DNA of 64,000 nt from Eledone cirrhosa (GCA_964016885.1 OZ024749.1:24614001-24678000), one strand, 5' to 3'; shown: positions 1 to 14,605, counted from the first letter of the stretch. Numbers and translations are program-made. The notes: a model not told the origin generated them from the letters alone.

Positions 1-119
1 GCACTCGTTAAGCTGTCTTATTAAATAACTACCCCGTATTTGTTGTGGCTCATGGCTTACTCAGTTCAAATCACACTAACATTATTTTTGCCTGTAATCT
101 GTTTAAGGTCTATACAAAT

Positions 120-385
120 AAAACCTGGTAAATTTGTTGGAATTAATTTCATGATATCGTGTGTGCGCTTCCTGGCCTGGGTTGTGTGTTGTAGAGGAAA
201 TCACATCATTTCAAATTGCTTTAATATATTCAACTGATAATCTGTACTAGAAGTAACTGGGGGTTTAAACCATGCTATGGAGTGGTACCCTTTCAGGGGT
301 GGGTTTTGTCCTCTCATTAGTTTATCGCCACCGAAACCGAGTTAAACTCCGGCTTAATGAACCTCTTGGCTCGAGACAGACTGAT
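120..385 (+). mobile_element. Degenerate tRNA-derived SINE (same family as 2183-2460, V-SINE-like 3' part)
   Basis: Aligns by eye with 2183-2460 (cctggcctgggttgtgtgtt...catttcaaattgct...gggtttaaacca...ccggcttaatgaacctcttggctcgagacagac). Confidence 0.5.
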
Positions 386-631
386 ACAATACAGGCATTG
401 ATTTTCCACTTCATATTTCCTTTCCCTTGATGAAATCGGATATGCTCCTGCTTGGTGGGGGATGCTCTTGCCAAAAATATGTGGCTTGTTAGGAGTGGAT
501 CCAATTAATCCAGCAGGAATTAATGCCACCTTCTTTCTATCATATATTGACGATCTACTATCACTTCGGTTTTCTGCTCATATTCATCTTGTCATGCCTA
601 CATCTAAGTCTCCCACTTGTTTATCTGTACA

Positions 632-742
632 GGAAATTGGAAATGAAGCCACCCAACACTCAAAGACAGTGCGTGAAATATAAGAAGTGGAAAACCTTTC
701 CATGAATATGAGAACATATCAGTCTAAGAAGGCCAAATTTTC
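632..742 (+). repeat. ~110-bp local duplication, copy 1 (copy 2 at 1766-1877)
   Basis: ggaaattggaaatgaagccac...gaaggccaa occurs twice with few mismatches; each copy is followed by a SINE. Confidence 0.8.
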
Positions 743-810
743 CATATCATAATCCTTAATTTTTACTCTCCGATCGCTCACTCACTACTGCGATCCCTAC
801 ATTGTTATTC

Positions 811-1015
811 AATATCAGTAGAAGGTCGGGCGCCATGCTTTGTAGTATAGAATTACGCCCTTTACGGTCTGAGTTTAAATCCCGCCGAGGTTAACTTTGC
901 CTTTCATCCTTACGGGGTCGATAAAATAAAGCACCAGTAACATATTGGGGTCTATTTAATCGAATTTCACCCCTACCAGATTACTGGCCTTGTGCCAAAA
1001 GTAAAAACAATTGTT
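811..1015 (+). mobile_element. Octopod-type tRNA-derived SINE
   Basis: gagtttaaatcccgccgaggttaactttgcctttcatccttacggggtcgataaaataaag core and ggccttgtgcc...aaacaatt tail, shared with the other copies. Confidence 0.8.
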
Positions 1016-1965
1016 ACTTTAATTATCAGTTGGTTGATCATATTATGTCTGTGTTTGTTTTGGACAGCTGTCAGTTTTAACATTAACAATATTAGTTTAT
1101 GACTAAGGAAAAATCTTCCGAGAAATTAAGGCATATGTCTACAACATAAAGTACTTTACAGTGAGATTTAACGGGACACAGAGAGTGATATATCTGATGC
1201 TTGGAATCGAGATACAACCCATTTTCTTCTGCTGGGTTAATTAGCGTAAATTTAGAATTAAGATATATTGCTGGATGACATAAAACCTCGCCAGGAACCA
1301 AACTAAGGACATTGTGATCATAAGCTGAATTCCCATACTTTTAATGCACGATCCTTCACAGAATATATTCTATTATGAAGCTAAAACTATCTCTCTTGCT
1401 GTGGCGTTTCCTAACATAATGGCTGGGTGGAAAGCAACACTATATTTAAAATTCTTAATAACTTTTTGAAATTTGTGTCGATTTTCCTAAAACATGTTTT
1501 ATTCTTAACATTTTAATAGGGATGCAATTCTACAAAGGTACCAACGTTGTTTTCTAGTTTCTGTAATCATCTGGATCTTTCCTCGACTGACTTCATCATC
1601 AACTCAGGCGGTATTTGGGTCAGTACGTGACGAACGAGTTCCTCTACATAAGTCAGAGATAAGGATATGAGCTATACACTTTTTCCTTCGACCACCCTTA
1701 CATAGCGTTAAGTCAGAGCTACTTGCAGTGTATTTATATAGACCTTGACAACCCAGCCAATGTCTGGAAATTGGAAATGAAGCCACTCAACACTCAAAGA
1801 CAGAGCGTGGAATATAAGAAGTGGAAAACCTTTCCATGAATATGACAACATATCAGTCTCAGAAGGCCAACTTTTCAATAGAGTGTTTCTTTTCAACCAC
1901 ATTGTATATACAGTATTTCATGGGAGGGTTACACATAAGATGTCTTCAATATTTATGAGGGGTAG

Positions 1966-2158
1966 GGTGAGGGATTGGCAGTATTGGTGGAGGGTCGGAG
2001 GCGATGCTTTGCAACATATAGTTAGGATCCTTCACGATCTGAGTTCATATTCCGCTGAGATTAAACTTCGCCTTTCATCCTTATGGCGTCGATAAAATAA
2101 ATCACCAATAATGCACCGGTATAATTGCTGGTCTTGTGGCAAATGTAGAAACAATTAT
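1966..2158 (+). mobile_element. Octopod-type tRNA-derived SINE
   Basis: Same ggcagtattgg...gagttcatattccgc...ctttcatcctt...gtcgataaaataa core. Confidence 0.75.
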
Positions 2159-2182
2159 GTATGATGAGTAGAGTGTGATTTC

Positions 2183-2460
2183 GTGGAGACACGTGGTCTA
2201 GTGGTAAGGATGTTGGACTTACGATATTATAATGTCGTAGGTTCGATTCCTGAGTTGCGTGTTGTGTTCTTCAGCAAAACACCTCATTTCACGTTGCTCC
2301 AGTTTATTCAGCTTAAGATGAATGCCAGCAATAATTGAGGGTTTAAACCAGCAATGGTTTGGCGTCCCGTCCAGGGGGGAGTCTTGTAATCTCAGTCGCT
2401 TCACGCCATGATCCTGGGATAAGCACCGGCCAAATGAGCCTTCTCGCTTAAGACAGATTT
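2183..2460 (+). mobile_element. tRNA-derived SINE with Pol III A/B boxes (V-SINE-like 3' segment)
   Basis: A box TGGTCTAGTGG, B box GGTTCGATTCC, then ttgtgttcttcagcaaaacac and ggcgtcccgtccagggg. Confidence 0.75.
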
Positions 2461-2655
2461 AGAATTAGAGTGCGATTCCAGAGAAGTTGAATACTATTTC
2501 AATGTCAATACAACAAACAGTTATATATATTCTTTCTAATTAAATTAAGTGGATACCGAAACACTTTTATATAAGCAAACTAAACGTGACATTTGAATTA
2601 TTTATACAGATATAATATGTGTCTCACGGTCTTTAAGACGGTGATGTTTGAATTT

Positions 2656-2735
<80 letters not shown>

Positions 2736-2763
2736 ATATGTATAGTATATTTGGCAATATACC

Positions 2764-2808
<45 letters not shown>

Positions 2809-2983
2809 GGTACTGGCATTGATAAGTACGCTGGGTCCGTCAACCCTTATTATTATATATATATATAAACGTTTGTATATGTATAATAAAGCCAAAACAA
2901 TGCAGGTATGGACATAGAATAAAGAATTCAAATGCAAAAGATATTGTTGACAATTAGTCTTTTACATTAGATTGATTTAAATG

Positions 2984-3020
2984 TCCTTAATTTTCGAGAT
3001 AATATTTCTTCTTCGGAGAG
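2984..3020 (-). ncRNA. Minimal hammerhead ribozyme (CCGAAGA core) in a solo Penelope terminal-repeat fragment (2870-3077)
   Basis: Minus strand: TCT-CCGAAGA-AGAAAT-ATT-ATCTC-GAAA-ATTA-AGG; the fragment matches the 3' end of the Penelope element at 19898-20100. Confidence 0.55.
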
Positions 3021-3320
3021 AAGTAAAGCGGTTAAACCAGTGTTCTAAATAGCTTGCCAAGTCTTGCTGACAGGAAAATATATATATATATATATATATA
3101 TATTATGAACAAACATATATCTATACAGTTATATATATGTATATAAACATTTTTGTATATATATATATGTATACAAACATTTTTGTATATATATATGTTT
3201 GTGTGAGTGTGTTTGTGTGTACGTATATATATGTGCATAGTATATTTATGGATGTGTGAATATAATTTTATTTTTCATGTGCATTTGTTGCCTAATTTAG
3301 TACACACATACAATTACACA

Positions 3321-3389
<69 letters not shown>

Positions 3390-3391
<2 letters not shown>

Positions 3392-3620
3392 CTTTGGTTT
3401 GTTTTTATCATTCTATGTTGTTCACATGTCCCCCAGGCTTTACGCGATTACTGGTCCCAATAACTTTTTTAGCTTATTGCTCGCACCAACCTGAGGTATC
3501 TGATTTTTAATACGATGAAATACCAATGATGGTTGGCAAATCACTTACGAAGGACTATTTTTATCATATGTAACCCATGTGCAAACCACGCAGTATTCTT
3601 CTTTCTTCTCATGTTTTTTA
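3390..3620 (+). mobile_element. Fragment of the 742-bp-unit (TA)n-embedded repeat family
   Basis: gcaccaacctgaggtatc...gatgaaatacc...ggttgg, homologous to 8820-10047, 11605-11960 and 12240-12840. Confidence 0.7.
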
Positions 3621-3901
3621 TATATATATATATATATCACATTCCTAAAGAAAATAACAGAAATCTAATACAGAAATTGAATGGGAAAATTTTGAAATGG
3701 CAGAAGAAAAAATAAAAGCCAATATATATATTGACATTTAGTTGTGTAAACAAAGTCTACATAGCTTACCAAGATGACCTTCCAGCATCAAAATAGTGGA
3801 AAGACATTAGCGATCGACCGCGTACTTAGTTCATATAACTATATACATACAAACATATATCATACAGACATCCATACATTCTTACATACATAGATACATG
3901 C

Positions 3902-4034
<133 letters not shown>

Positions 4035-4344
4035 AATATGTGTGTGTGTATATATATATATATATGTGTGTGTATAAATATATATATATATGTGTGTGTG
4101 TGTATATATATATATATATGTGTGTGTGGGTGTATATATATATGTGTGTGTGTGTATATATATATGTGTGTGTGTGTGTGTATATATATGTGTGTATATA
4201 TATATATGTGTGTGTGTGTGTGTATATATATACATGTGTGTCTGTATATATATGTGTATGTATATATTTATATATATATGTATATATATATATGTGTGTG
4301 TGTGTGTGTATATATACATGTGTGTCTGTATATATATGTGTGTG

Positions 4345-4375
<31 letters not shown>

Positions 4376-4436
4376 ATATTTATATATATATATATGTGTG
4401 CGTGGTTGTGTGTGTGTTTGTGTTATTTATATATAT

Positions 4437-4539
<103 letters not shown>

Positions 4540-4644
4540 CGTAACTATGTATATATATATATATTTACATATATATTTCACAGACAGTAGAGCCACGAGG
4601 CAGAATAACAGCGGTTCATATACACCTACAAATATTTGATTGTG

Positions 4645-4706
<62 letters not shown>

Positions 4707-4917
4707 GTTAATACACTGTATGCATACGTTCATTCACATATATGTTTTTGCTTGGTTTCATTGTTTAATCTTGAATGTGTGAGAACGTGTGTCCTGCGTT
4801 CTAGATAAATTATATTATGTCTGAAGTTAGGTCAGAGTATGCAGCCAGGAAAACTAATATTTATGTGTTTGTATTATATATATATATATATATTCATACA
4901 TATATATACATATATGT

Positions 4918-4969
<52 letters not shown>

Positions 4970-5034
4970 TCATACATATATATACAAAATATGTAGATAA
5001 ATATTATATATACATATATATACATATATATACA

Positions 5035-5134
<100 letters not shown>

Positions 5135-5139
5135 GAGAT

Positions 5140-6750
5140 TATAGGGATTACAGTAATCAAAGTTCAGTTTAAGTCATTTATTTGCTTACAATTGTTTCCT
5201 CCAAACCGAGGTTTGGATTCTTCGGAGCAGCCAATTATAACATACTTGACCTCCTTTTCAACCCAAGAGACACATAAAACATATGCGCATATTGATCAAC
5301 AGTGGGGTGACATTCATCAAATGAAATAGTATGGCAATTTACATATAAAGTGTTACAAGATAAAAATAAAATAAAATAAGAGCAAGAGTGAAAATAAGAG
5401 TGAAAATAAAGATAAACATGAAGCGTTGGCAGTCTATGAAGATAAAGCAAGAGGAAAGCTTAGAGTAGTCAGTGCATGAAGCAATTTCCCGTGTAGCATG
5501 CACGCTTGTCTTATCTATACATGATTAGAGTGCGTCAGAATGATATTTGCAGGGTCAGGCAGTTGAAGCAGGCAATCGATCTTATTATATAGGCTGAATT
5601 ATTAAGTCATTTATTCTCATACATCTGTATGATATACAGTCTCGGATGTGGGGAAACACCAAAATATCAAAAACCTTCAACATACTATAAACCTTATTGT
5701 ATCGTAGGCAAGGTCGTACCACTGTCCTTGCTCACACCACCACTCACATAATCCATGAGACGCAATATATATATAGAGAACACGCGTCTATCGTATAATT
5801 CGCAGTGGTTCAGCATATAGTCAAGATATAAACCGTATCCAGTCGGTTCTTTATTAATATATCATGTTGTCCAAATTCCGGAAGTGCCTGAATGATTAAG
5901 GGGAATTAATGCGTAAGGGGAGGTAACTAGCTAGTTATTTTAGTTACATTACTATGCTAAACTACATTAATGGTGATTCAAATACGTGCCTATCATGTGA
6001 AGTTATAACTAATATCTAGAGTATGGTACCCATTTATAGGTTAGAGAGTTGTTCATTAAGAAGTACAAGGGTGTATATACTAGGATGATTGCCAACCATT
6101 AATTAAGGGGTGTCATATCTGAACGTTCCATAAGAGGAGTCAGACTCTCAAGTCACTGCTCCATGCAAATGTAATATAACAGTAGGACCTGGTATGGTCC
6201 CACTATTATATATGCCACCCGGTAGTCTCCGGGTCATTGCTTGCCTGCATCTCCAGTAAATCTTCGGTATGGTCCGGGGATCCGATCTCTCATATAAATG
6301 CACTAGTCTGGCCATCAGGTAATAGACAACCCCCGTCTCAAGTATAAATCAATTATGTATCACATCTCCAAGCTAGAGTGGAGTCTATTAATAGGTATGA
6401 AAGGAGTCCACATCAAGATGATTACGTGCATAATTCAATGAACTGATCGCTTACAGTATATACTCACTTAACAATACGATTATCTATCTAATCATCAAAC
6501 TATCTCTTGGTGGTAATCCATGCACAGGACTATGCTATCACAACCAGTACCGAGTCCCCAGTTTATACTAATCTTATATTTGTGCAATGCAGAATAAGTA
6601 GTCCACGGTCGGAATATCAGTATTAGAGGTACAAGGGGGTATTCCCAGGGTAGGTGGCACTCAAATGCTGTCAGTATTATCTTTAGAGTATAGAGATGGG
6701 TGTGGATGTGAGGTGTAAGGTGTGCTACTGATGTTAATTGCTAGGGGTGG
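5140..6750 (-). mobile_element. ~1.6-kb non-coding element between microsatellites, with a 3'-proximal hammerhead
   Basis: Bounded by (TA)n/(GA)n and (TA)n; the 5140-5800 part is homologous, inverted, to 7605-8350. Confidence 0.6.
5183..5229 (-). ncRNA. Type I hammerhead ribozyme, U4C core variant
   Basis: Minus strand: TGCT-CCGAAGA-A-TCCAAACC-TC-GGTTTGGA-G-GAAA-CAATTG-TA-AGCA; stem I TGCT/AGCA, palindromic stem III ACAATTGT, GUA cleavage triplet. Confidence 0.7.
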
Positions 6751-6849
6751 TATATATATATATTCATACATATATATATATATATACATATATGTATGAA
6801 TATATATATATATATGTATATATATGTATGAATATATATATGTACATAT

Positions 6850-7438
6850 AAATGGAATAGAATGAAACGAAATTTCCTTTCTCACTCTTAGTACGGCACT
6901 TACTTAAATGTAAGTATGGCATGTATGTACACGTACATACATATATGTATACAGACGTACAGTAGTATGTATATATATACATACATGCACACATATATAT
7001 ATGCACGTATCCGTCTACCGAACATTCATTATAATGCTCGGTTTGTTTGTGTGTAAAGAAACAAACAGCCTGGATTACGCCGTACAGTGTTTAGGCAACC
7101 ACGTCACATTTTTGTTCAACACTGACACGGGAACGATGTACTAGTTTCAAGCTTATTAGCTATCGTCAGCATCGTATACCTTCCTGCCAGATGGTTGAAT
7201 GTCTGAAAGTATATACTTTCCTTATGCATATTAACGGCTGAGAAGGCTAATTTGCATATCGAGTGAGTTGAGTCGGCTGGGCGCACCGAAAACGATAAAT
7301 GGAATAGAATGAAACGAAATATCATTTCTCACTCTTAGTACGGTACTTACTTAAATGTAAGTATGTATGTACGTACACGTACATACATATATGTATACAG
7401 ACGTACAGTAGTATGTATATATATATATATACGGCGTA

Positions 7439-7475
<37 letters not shown>

Positions 7476-7605
7476 GCCGTATACAGACGTACAGTAGTAT
7501 TTATATATATGTACGGCGTAATCCGCACAGTTTGTTTGTTTACAAACAAACAAACCGAGCATTATAATGAATATTCGGTAGGCCGATCGTATATACGATG
7601 TTAAT
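6850..7605 (-). mobile_element. HHR-containing ~450-bp-unit repeat (just over one unit plus an inverted fragment)
   Basis: aaatggaatagaatgaaacgaaat repeats at about 6850 and 7297; homologous to the 472-bp array; 7510-7600 is inverted relative to 7010-7085. Confidence 0.8.
7133..7175 (-). ncRNA. Type I hammerhead ribozyme
   Basis: Minus strand: ACGATG-CTGACGA-T-AGC-TAATAA-GCT-T-GAAA-CTAG-TA-CATCGT; perfect 6-bp stem I, palindromic stem III ACTAGT. Confidence 0.85.
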
Positions 7606-8196
7606 TCTCGCAACTAAAACAACCTGCTATATAAATTGGACTGAAGACCAACAAACTATGATACTTTAACAGAATCATCAAACGTCCAATATTGAATCGT
7701 CGTGGATTATGTGAGGGGCATATAATCTAGATATTACGCTCCGCGGACTGTGAAAATGGTGTTGTACACGAAAACCAAATCATCGCTTTGCTACACATTT
7801 ATAATAGTTTTAATATTTATAATATTTCTCTACACACAAGATTCTATTACCAGTACAATCCCCTTAATACTCTTGATTACCCGCTTCAAGTGCTTGTATT
7901 ACATGTAACACCCTGCCACACTATAATATTATATAAATAAGACACACGTGCTTGCAACACGTGTAACTATTGCACACACTAACTGCTTCTGACTATCCTA
8001 TCGCATTAATTTCATGTTGTATTTTAACTTTAATTTTAATGTTATCCTCTTTTGATATGACAGTAATCTTTAAATGTATACTGCCACGCTAAATGTATAA
8101 TGGATGTCGACCCACCAAGCAACAATATATGCATATGTATCTGTATGTCTCTTGGGTTGAAAAGGAGGTCATATATGTGATCATTCATTAATATAT

Positions 8197-8243
8197 TGGT
8201 CCGAAGAATCCAAACCTCGGTTTGGAGGAGACAATTGTAAGCA
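8197..8243 (+). ncRNA. Degenerate hammerhead (CCGAAGA core, GAAA mutated to GAGA), in the element copy at 7605-8350
   Basis: CCGAAGA-ATCCAAACCTCGGTTTGGAG-GAGA-CAATTG-TA-AGCA; homologue of 5183-5229. Confidence 0.55.
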
Positions 8244-8496
8244 TATAAATGATTTGAACAAAACTTTGATTCATAAAACTTATATATAACTGCTCTGTAA
8301 AATAACTGATGTTATTACATTCAGCTATTTATCTTATTGGTTATAAGGTAGTAATATATTACTGCCTATCACTATTTAGGGTTTGAAAAAAAAATATATA
8401 ACTATAAAAGGTTTTTGTATATGCATAACCATAAATAGTATCCTTAATACTATATATATAACACAATATATATATATATATATATGTATCTCTATA

Positions 8497-8635
<139 letters not shown>

Positions 8636-8653
8636 GTATATATATATCTACAA

Positions 8654-8694
<41 letters not shown>

Positions 8695-8819
8695 ATAATA
8701 ATAAAATTGAAGACTAAAATCCAAAGAGGGCTCGATAAGGAAAATATATATCAAATATGTAAGAACCGAAGAGCAAATATTATATATATACAATATATGT
8801 ATATATGTATATATATATA

Positions 8820-10044
8820 TGAAAAAGTGAGTCCTTCATCAGTGACCCTCCAACCGTCCTCGGCATTTCATCGCTTTAAGGGCCATATGCCTCAGGTTGG
8901 TGCGAACAACGGCTAAAAAAAGTCGTTGGGACACGTAAATAAAGGGGGACGCTAGAGTAACAACAAAAAGGGTTTAAGCAACGGAAAGTGAGTAGAAATA
9001 GACAAGTCCCAGATCTCTATGAATATAAACTCTGTGAAATCGTGAACAAGAGACGAAAGACCATCGAACCTGGTAGAAATGTGATCAAGGAAAGAATTTC
9101 GCCCAAGTTTGACGGGGGGAAAAGAGAGAGAGAGAGAGACAGAGAAACGAGAGAAGAGGAAGAAGAAGAAGAAGAAGAAGAAGAAGAAGAAGAAGAAGAA
9201 GAAGAAGAAGAAGAAGAAGAAGAAGAAGATAAGGTGGTCTGGTCTGCGAAATCGGTAAACGCAAGTTTTGTGAAGTCACAGACGAAAGAGAGAGAGAAAA
9301 AAATTCCATACCAGCTCGGTCAAGACTGCGCGAGAAAAGAATTACACACAGGTCAAACTTGAAGGAGGAGGAGGAAAGAGGAGGAGGAGAGGTAGTGACA
9401 GAGAATGAGTGAGTGAAAGTTGAGGAGAGGGTAACAGAGAGTGAGAGAGACTGCTAGAAGTGGTAAAGATACAAGGAACAGACAGACAGGCAGCATGGAA
9501 AAGTAATATGTGTAAATATGATGATAATAATGGAGCTGCGGCGTTGCAAATGGGATACATATGAAAAAGTGAGTCCTTCATCAGTGACCCTCCAACCGTC
9601 CTCGGCATTTCATCGCTTTAAGGGCCATATGCCTCAGGTTGGTGCGAACAACGGCTAAAAAAAGTCGTTGGGACACGTAAATAAAGGGGGACGCTAGAGT
9701 AACAACAAAAAGGGTTAAGCAACGGAAAGTGAGTAGAAATAGACAAGTCCCAGATCTCTATGAATCGTGAACAAGAGACGAAAGACCATCGAACCTGGTA
9801 GAAATGTGAGCAAGGAAAGAATTTCGCCCAAGTTTGACGGGGGGAAAAACGAGAGAGAGAGAGACAGAGAAAGGAGAGAAGAGGAAGAAGAAGAAGAAGA
9901 AGAAGAAGGAGAAGAAGAAGAAGAAGAAGAAGAAGAAGAAGAAGAAGAAGAAGAAGAAGAAGAAGAAGAAGAAAAAGAAGAAGAAGATAAGGTGGTCTGG
10001 TCTGCGAAATCGGTAAACGCAAGTTTTGTGAAGTCACAGACGAA

Positions 10045-10047
<3 letters not shown>
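8820..10047. repeat. Tandem 742-bp unit (~1.65 copies) with internal (GAA)n, embedded in (TA)n
   Basis: gaaaaagtgagtccttcatcag at 8821 and 9563; downstream sequence nearly identical. Confidence 0.85.
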
Positions 10048-10079
<32 letters not shown>

Positions 10080-10115
10080 ATATGTATATATATGTTTGTA
10101 TATATATATCTACAA

Positions 10116-10233
<118 letters not shown>

Positions 10234-10525
10234 GAAAACGAAATTTCATTTCTCACTCTTAGTATGACACTTACTTAAATGTAAGTATGCATGTATACGT
10301 ACATACATATATGTATACAGACGTACAGTAGCACGCACATATATATATATATATACATATATATATACATATGCATACAGGTACACATACATATATGCAC
10401 GTATCAGTTTAGCGGCGATTATTATAACGTCGCTTTGTTCGTTTGTAAACAAACTGAACAGCCTGAATTTATGCCATACGGTGTTAAGGCAACCACGTCA
10501 CCTTTTTGTTCAACACTGACACAGG

Positions 10526-10570
10526 AACGATGTACTAGTTTCAAGCTTGTTAGCTATCATCAGCACCGTT
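10526..10570 (-). ncRNA. Type I hammerhead ribozyme, unit 1
   Basis: Minus strand: AACGGTG-CTGATGA-T-AGC-TAACAA-GCT-T-GAAA-CTAG-TA-CATCGTT. Confidence 0.85.
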
Positions 10571-10997
10571 TACCCATCTGCCAGATAGTTGAACGTTCGA
10601 AAGTATATACTTTCCTTATGAAAATTAACGGCTGAGCAGCCTAATTTGCATATTGAGTGAGTTAAATCGGTCAGGCATACCGAAAACGATAAATTGAAAC
10701 AAAATGAAAACGAAATTTCATTTCTCACTCTTAGTATGACACTTACTTAAATGTAAGTATGCATGTATACGTACATACATATATGTATACAGACGTACAG
10801 TAGCACGCACATATATATATATATATACATATATATATACATATGCATACAGGTACACATACATATATGCACGTATCAGTTTAGCGGCGATTATTATAAC
10901 GTCGCTTTGTTCGTTTGTAAACAAACTTAACAGCCTGAATTTATGCCATACGGTGTTAAGGCAACCACGTCACCTTTTTGTTCAACACTGACACAGG

Positions 10998-11042
10998 AAC
11001 GATGTACTAGTTTCAAGCTTGTTAGCTATCATCAGCACCGTT
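10998..11042 (-). ncRNA. Type I hammerhead ribozyme, unit 2
   Basis: Identical motif 472 bp downstream of unit 1. Confidence 0.85.
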
Positions 11043-11469
11043 TACCCATCTGCCAGATAGTTGAACGTTCGAAAGTATATACTTTCCTTATGAAAATTAA
11101 CGGCTGAGCAGCCTAATTTGCATATTGAGTGAGTTAAATCGGTCAGGCATACCGAAAACGATAAATTGAAACAAAATGAAAACGAAATTTCATTTCTCAC
11201 TCTTAGTATGACACTTACTTAAATGTAAGTATGCATGTATACGTACATACATATATGTATACAGACGTACAGTAGCACGCACATATATATATATATATAC
11301 ATATATATATACATATGCATACAGGTACACATACATATATGCACGTATCAGTTTAGCGGCGATTATTATAACGTCGCTTTGTTCGTTTGTAAACAAACTG
11401 AACAGCCTGAATTTATGCCATACGGTGTTAAGGCAACCACGTCACCTTTTTGTTCAACACTGACACAGG

Positions 11470-11514
11470 AACGATGTACTAGTTTCAAGCTTGTTAGCTA
11501 TCATCAGCACCGTT
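11470..11514 (-). ncRNA. Type I hammerhead ribozyme, unit 3
   Basis: Identical motif 944 bp downstream of unit 1. Confidence 0.85.
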
Positions 11515-11604
11515 TACCCATCTGCCAGATAGTTGAACGTTCGAAAGTATATACTTTCCTTATGAAAATTAACGGCTGAGCAGCCTAATTTGCATATATA
11601 TATA

Positions 11605-12014
11605 AAATATGAGAAGAAAGAAGAATACTGCGTGGTTTGCACATGGGTTACATATGATAAAAAATAGTCCTTCGTTAGTGATTTTCCAACCATCATTGGT
11701 ATTTCATCGCATTAAAAATCAGATACCTCAGGTTGGTGCAAGCAATAATCTAAAAAAACAACATAGAATGATAAAAACAAACCAAAGAAAGGAAATAACC
11801 AAGCAACATGGTACCCCTGGTCAGCATATGCTGGGTGGATTTCATGAGCGAAAAGTAAAGACGTCCGATCTGAGTGAGACGTAAGCAAGAAGAGGCCCAC
11901 TGTTAGACAAACCGGAGAAAGTGAGAAGGGGAGAAACAGAGAGTGAGTGAGTGGAAGTGCGACTACAATATATGTATATATATATATCTACATATATATC
12001 TACGATATATGTAT

Positions 12015-12081
<67 letters not shown>

Positions 12082-12840
12082 AATATATGTATATATATAT
12101 ATATATGTATATATATATACATATATGCATATATATATATGTATATATCCGCTTTCACGAACGCATCTTCGCGTAAAAATCGAACACACTGTATTTGCAT
12201 TTGTCGGCAAATAAATCTCGTACACATATAGTGAAGGGGGCGTCGTGGATAGTCTGCTGGGCATACAATCGGAAAGCAGTCTCTCTCTCTCTCTCTGTTA
12301 GCCTCTTCCCCACCTTTCTCTCACTCACTCTCTGTCACTACCTCTCCTCCTCCCCTTTCTTCCCGTTTGACCTGTCCGTAATCCTTTTCTCGCGGGCACT
12401 TGACCAAGCCGGTATGTATTTTTAACTCTCTCTCTCGTCTGCGACTTCACAGAACTTATGTTTACCGAATTCGCAGACCAGACCCCTTCTTCCTCCCGTT
12501 AGACCTGGGCGAAATTCCTTCCTTGCTCACATTTCAACCAGGTTTGATGGACTTTATTCTCTCGTTCACGATTCCACCGAATTTATATTCATAGAAATCT
12601 GGGACTTGTTTCTTTCTTCTTCAACACTTTCTGTTGCTTAAACCATTTTGTTTGTTTACCCTAGCGTCCCCTTTATTTACGTGTCCCAACGACTTTTTTT
12701 AGCCGTTGCTCGCACCAACCTGAGGTATATGGCCTTTAATGCGACGAAATGCCTACGATGGTTGGAAAGCCACTGATGAGGACACACTTTTTCATATGTA
12801 ACCCATTTGCAGCGCCGCAGCTCCATTATTATCATATTTA
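11605..12840. repeat. Two oppositely oriented copies of the 742-bp-unit family (11605-11960 and 12240-12840) around a (TA)n tract
   Basis: cctcaggttggtgc at about 11726 and gcaccaacctgagg at about 12712; homology to 8820-10047. Confidence 0.7.
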
Positions 12841-12967
12841 CATATATATATATACATATATATAAATATATATATATATACAATATATGTATATATATAT
12901 GTGTATATATATATGTATGACTATATATATATGTATATATATATATATGTATATATATATGTATGAC

Positions 12968-12998
<31 letters not shown>

Positions 12999-13045
12999 CT
13001 ACATATATGTATATATATGTATATATATATATGAATATATATGTA

Positions 13046-13128
<83 letters not shown>

Positions 13129-13176
13129 GAATATATGTATGAATATATATATATATATATATGAATATATGTATGG

Positions 13177-13210
<34 letters not shown>

Positions 13211-13258
13211 GAATATATGTATGAATATATGAATATATGCATATAAATATATGTATGA

Positions 13259-13292
<34 letters not shown>

Positions 13293-13339
13293 GAATATAT
13301 GTATGAATATATGAATATATGTATATATATATATATATA

Positions 13340-13417
<78 letters not shown>

Positions 13418-13733
13418 AATATATATATATATATACATATATGTATATATATGTATGAATATACATATATTATATATATATACAAGTGTACTTATATATA
13501 TAAATCTATATGTTATATGGTACTATATACCTCTGAGGTTTTGTATATATGCAAGTGTGTGTTCTTGTGTCGCTGCGTACACATTAGTTCTCGCACGACA
13601 TATCTATTTCAATCAGAGGAGCAGACATGAAGAAAAAAAAATATCGACATTTTGATAAAACAACGGTATCAATCATATGTACGTCTGAGCTTATACTTAC
13701 GCATATATACAAATATATATATACGTTTATGTG

Positions 13734-13805
<72 letters not shown>

Positions 13806-14605
13806 AATTCATATATATATATATATAATATATATATATATATGTGTGTAATATATCTATTCTGTGTAATATTTTGATATTTGTTTTGTATACCTATTAG
13901 TACATAGATAATATTTAATGGGCGTTTTGTATCCTGTCGTCACTTCGAATGTTTATGGACAATGCATCGTATTGTGTATGTATGTATGTTTGTATCTATG
14001 TATAAATGTATGTATATATGTATGTTTGTTCGTGTGTAAATTTATGCGTGGTGTTTTTGCACTTCTGTGTCTGTCTCTTTCTCAAAGAGAAAGACAATAC
14101 CTTCACTCACTCATAAACATAAACAGACACTTACACATACAAATATATATATACACATTTTCAAGCAGACCACAGTGCAAAACGTTGAATATCATTATAT
14201 GTTTGTCGTCTGCTCATTGATTTGTATAGCCGTAATAACGTGTTAAACATTAAGACACTCGCAATGATGGCCACTATTTATTTACTCTCAATATATTTTA
14301 TTTTTTATAATTGAAAGCGAAATCAATCATTTGTTATCTTATAATGTAGATAACTTTTCATTGGAATTGCTTCTACGATTCTTTATCCAAGAGAGAATAT
14401 TCCACTTGTTAAGAGAAAAATGAGAAATGTGAAGAAATCGAGAAGTTGGTAGGGGAGGATGGTGAGGTGATGACTGAAGAGATAAACTAAAAAATGAAGA
14501 TGAGAATTTGCAGACGACGAATAAATATTTCACTAGAGAGAAAATAAATGAAAACTAAAATGAAAATATGTAGATTATTTTTTCTGGAAAACAATTCTCT
14601 CTAGA

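Noticed and set aside
1092-1790. Protein-like minus-strand peptides
   Set aside because: Multiple stops and no recognisable domain.
2183-2255. tRNA gene
   Set aside because: A/B boxes are present but there is no convincing cloverleaf, and it continues into a SINE body.
8833-8845. CTGATGAAGGAC (minus strand) in the 742-bp family as a hammerhead core
   Set aside because: No closing stem II or GAAA, and not conserved in the 3.5 and 11.7 kb copies.
10598-10614. GAAAGTATATACTTTC palindrome as an opposite-polarity hammerhead in the 472-bp unit
   Set aside because: No CUGANGA-like partner with stems on either strand.
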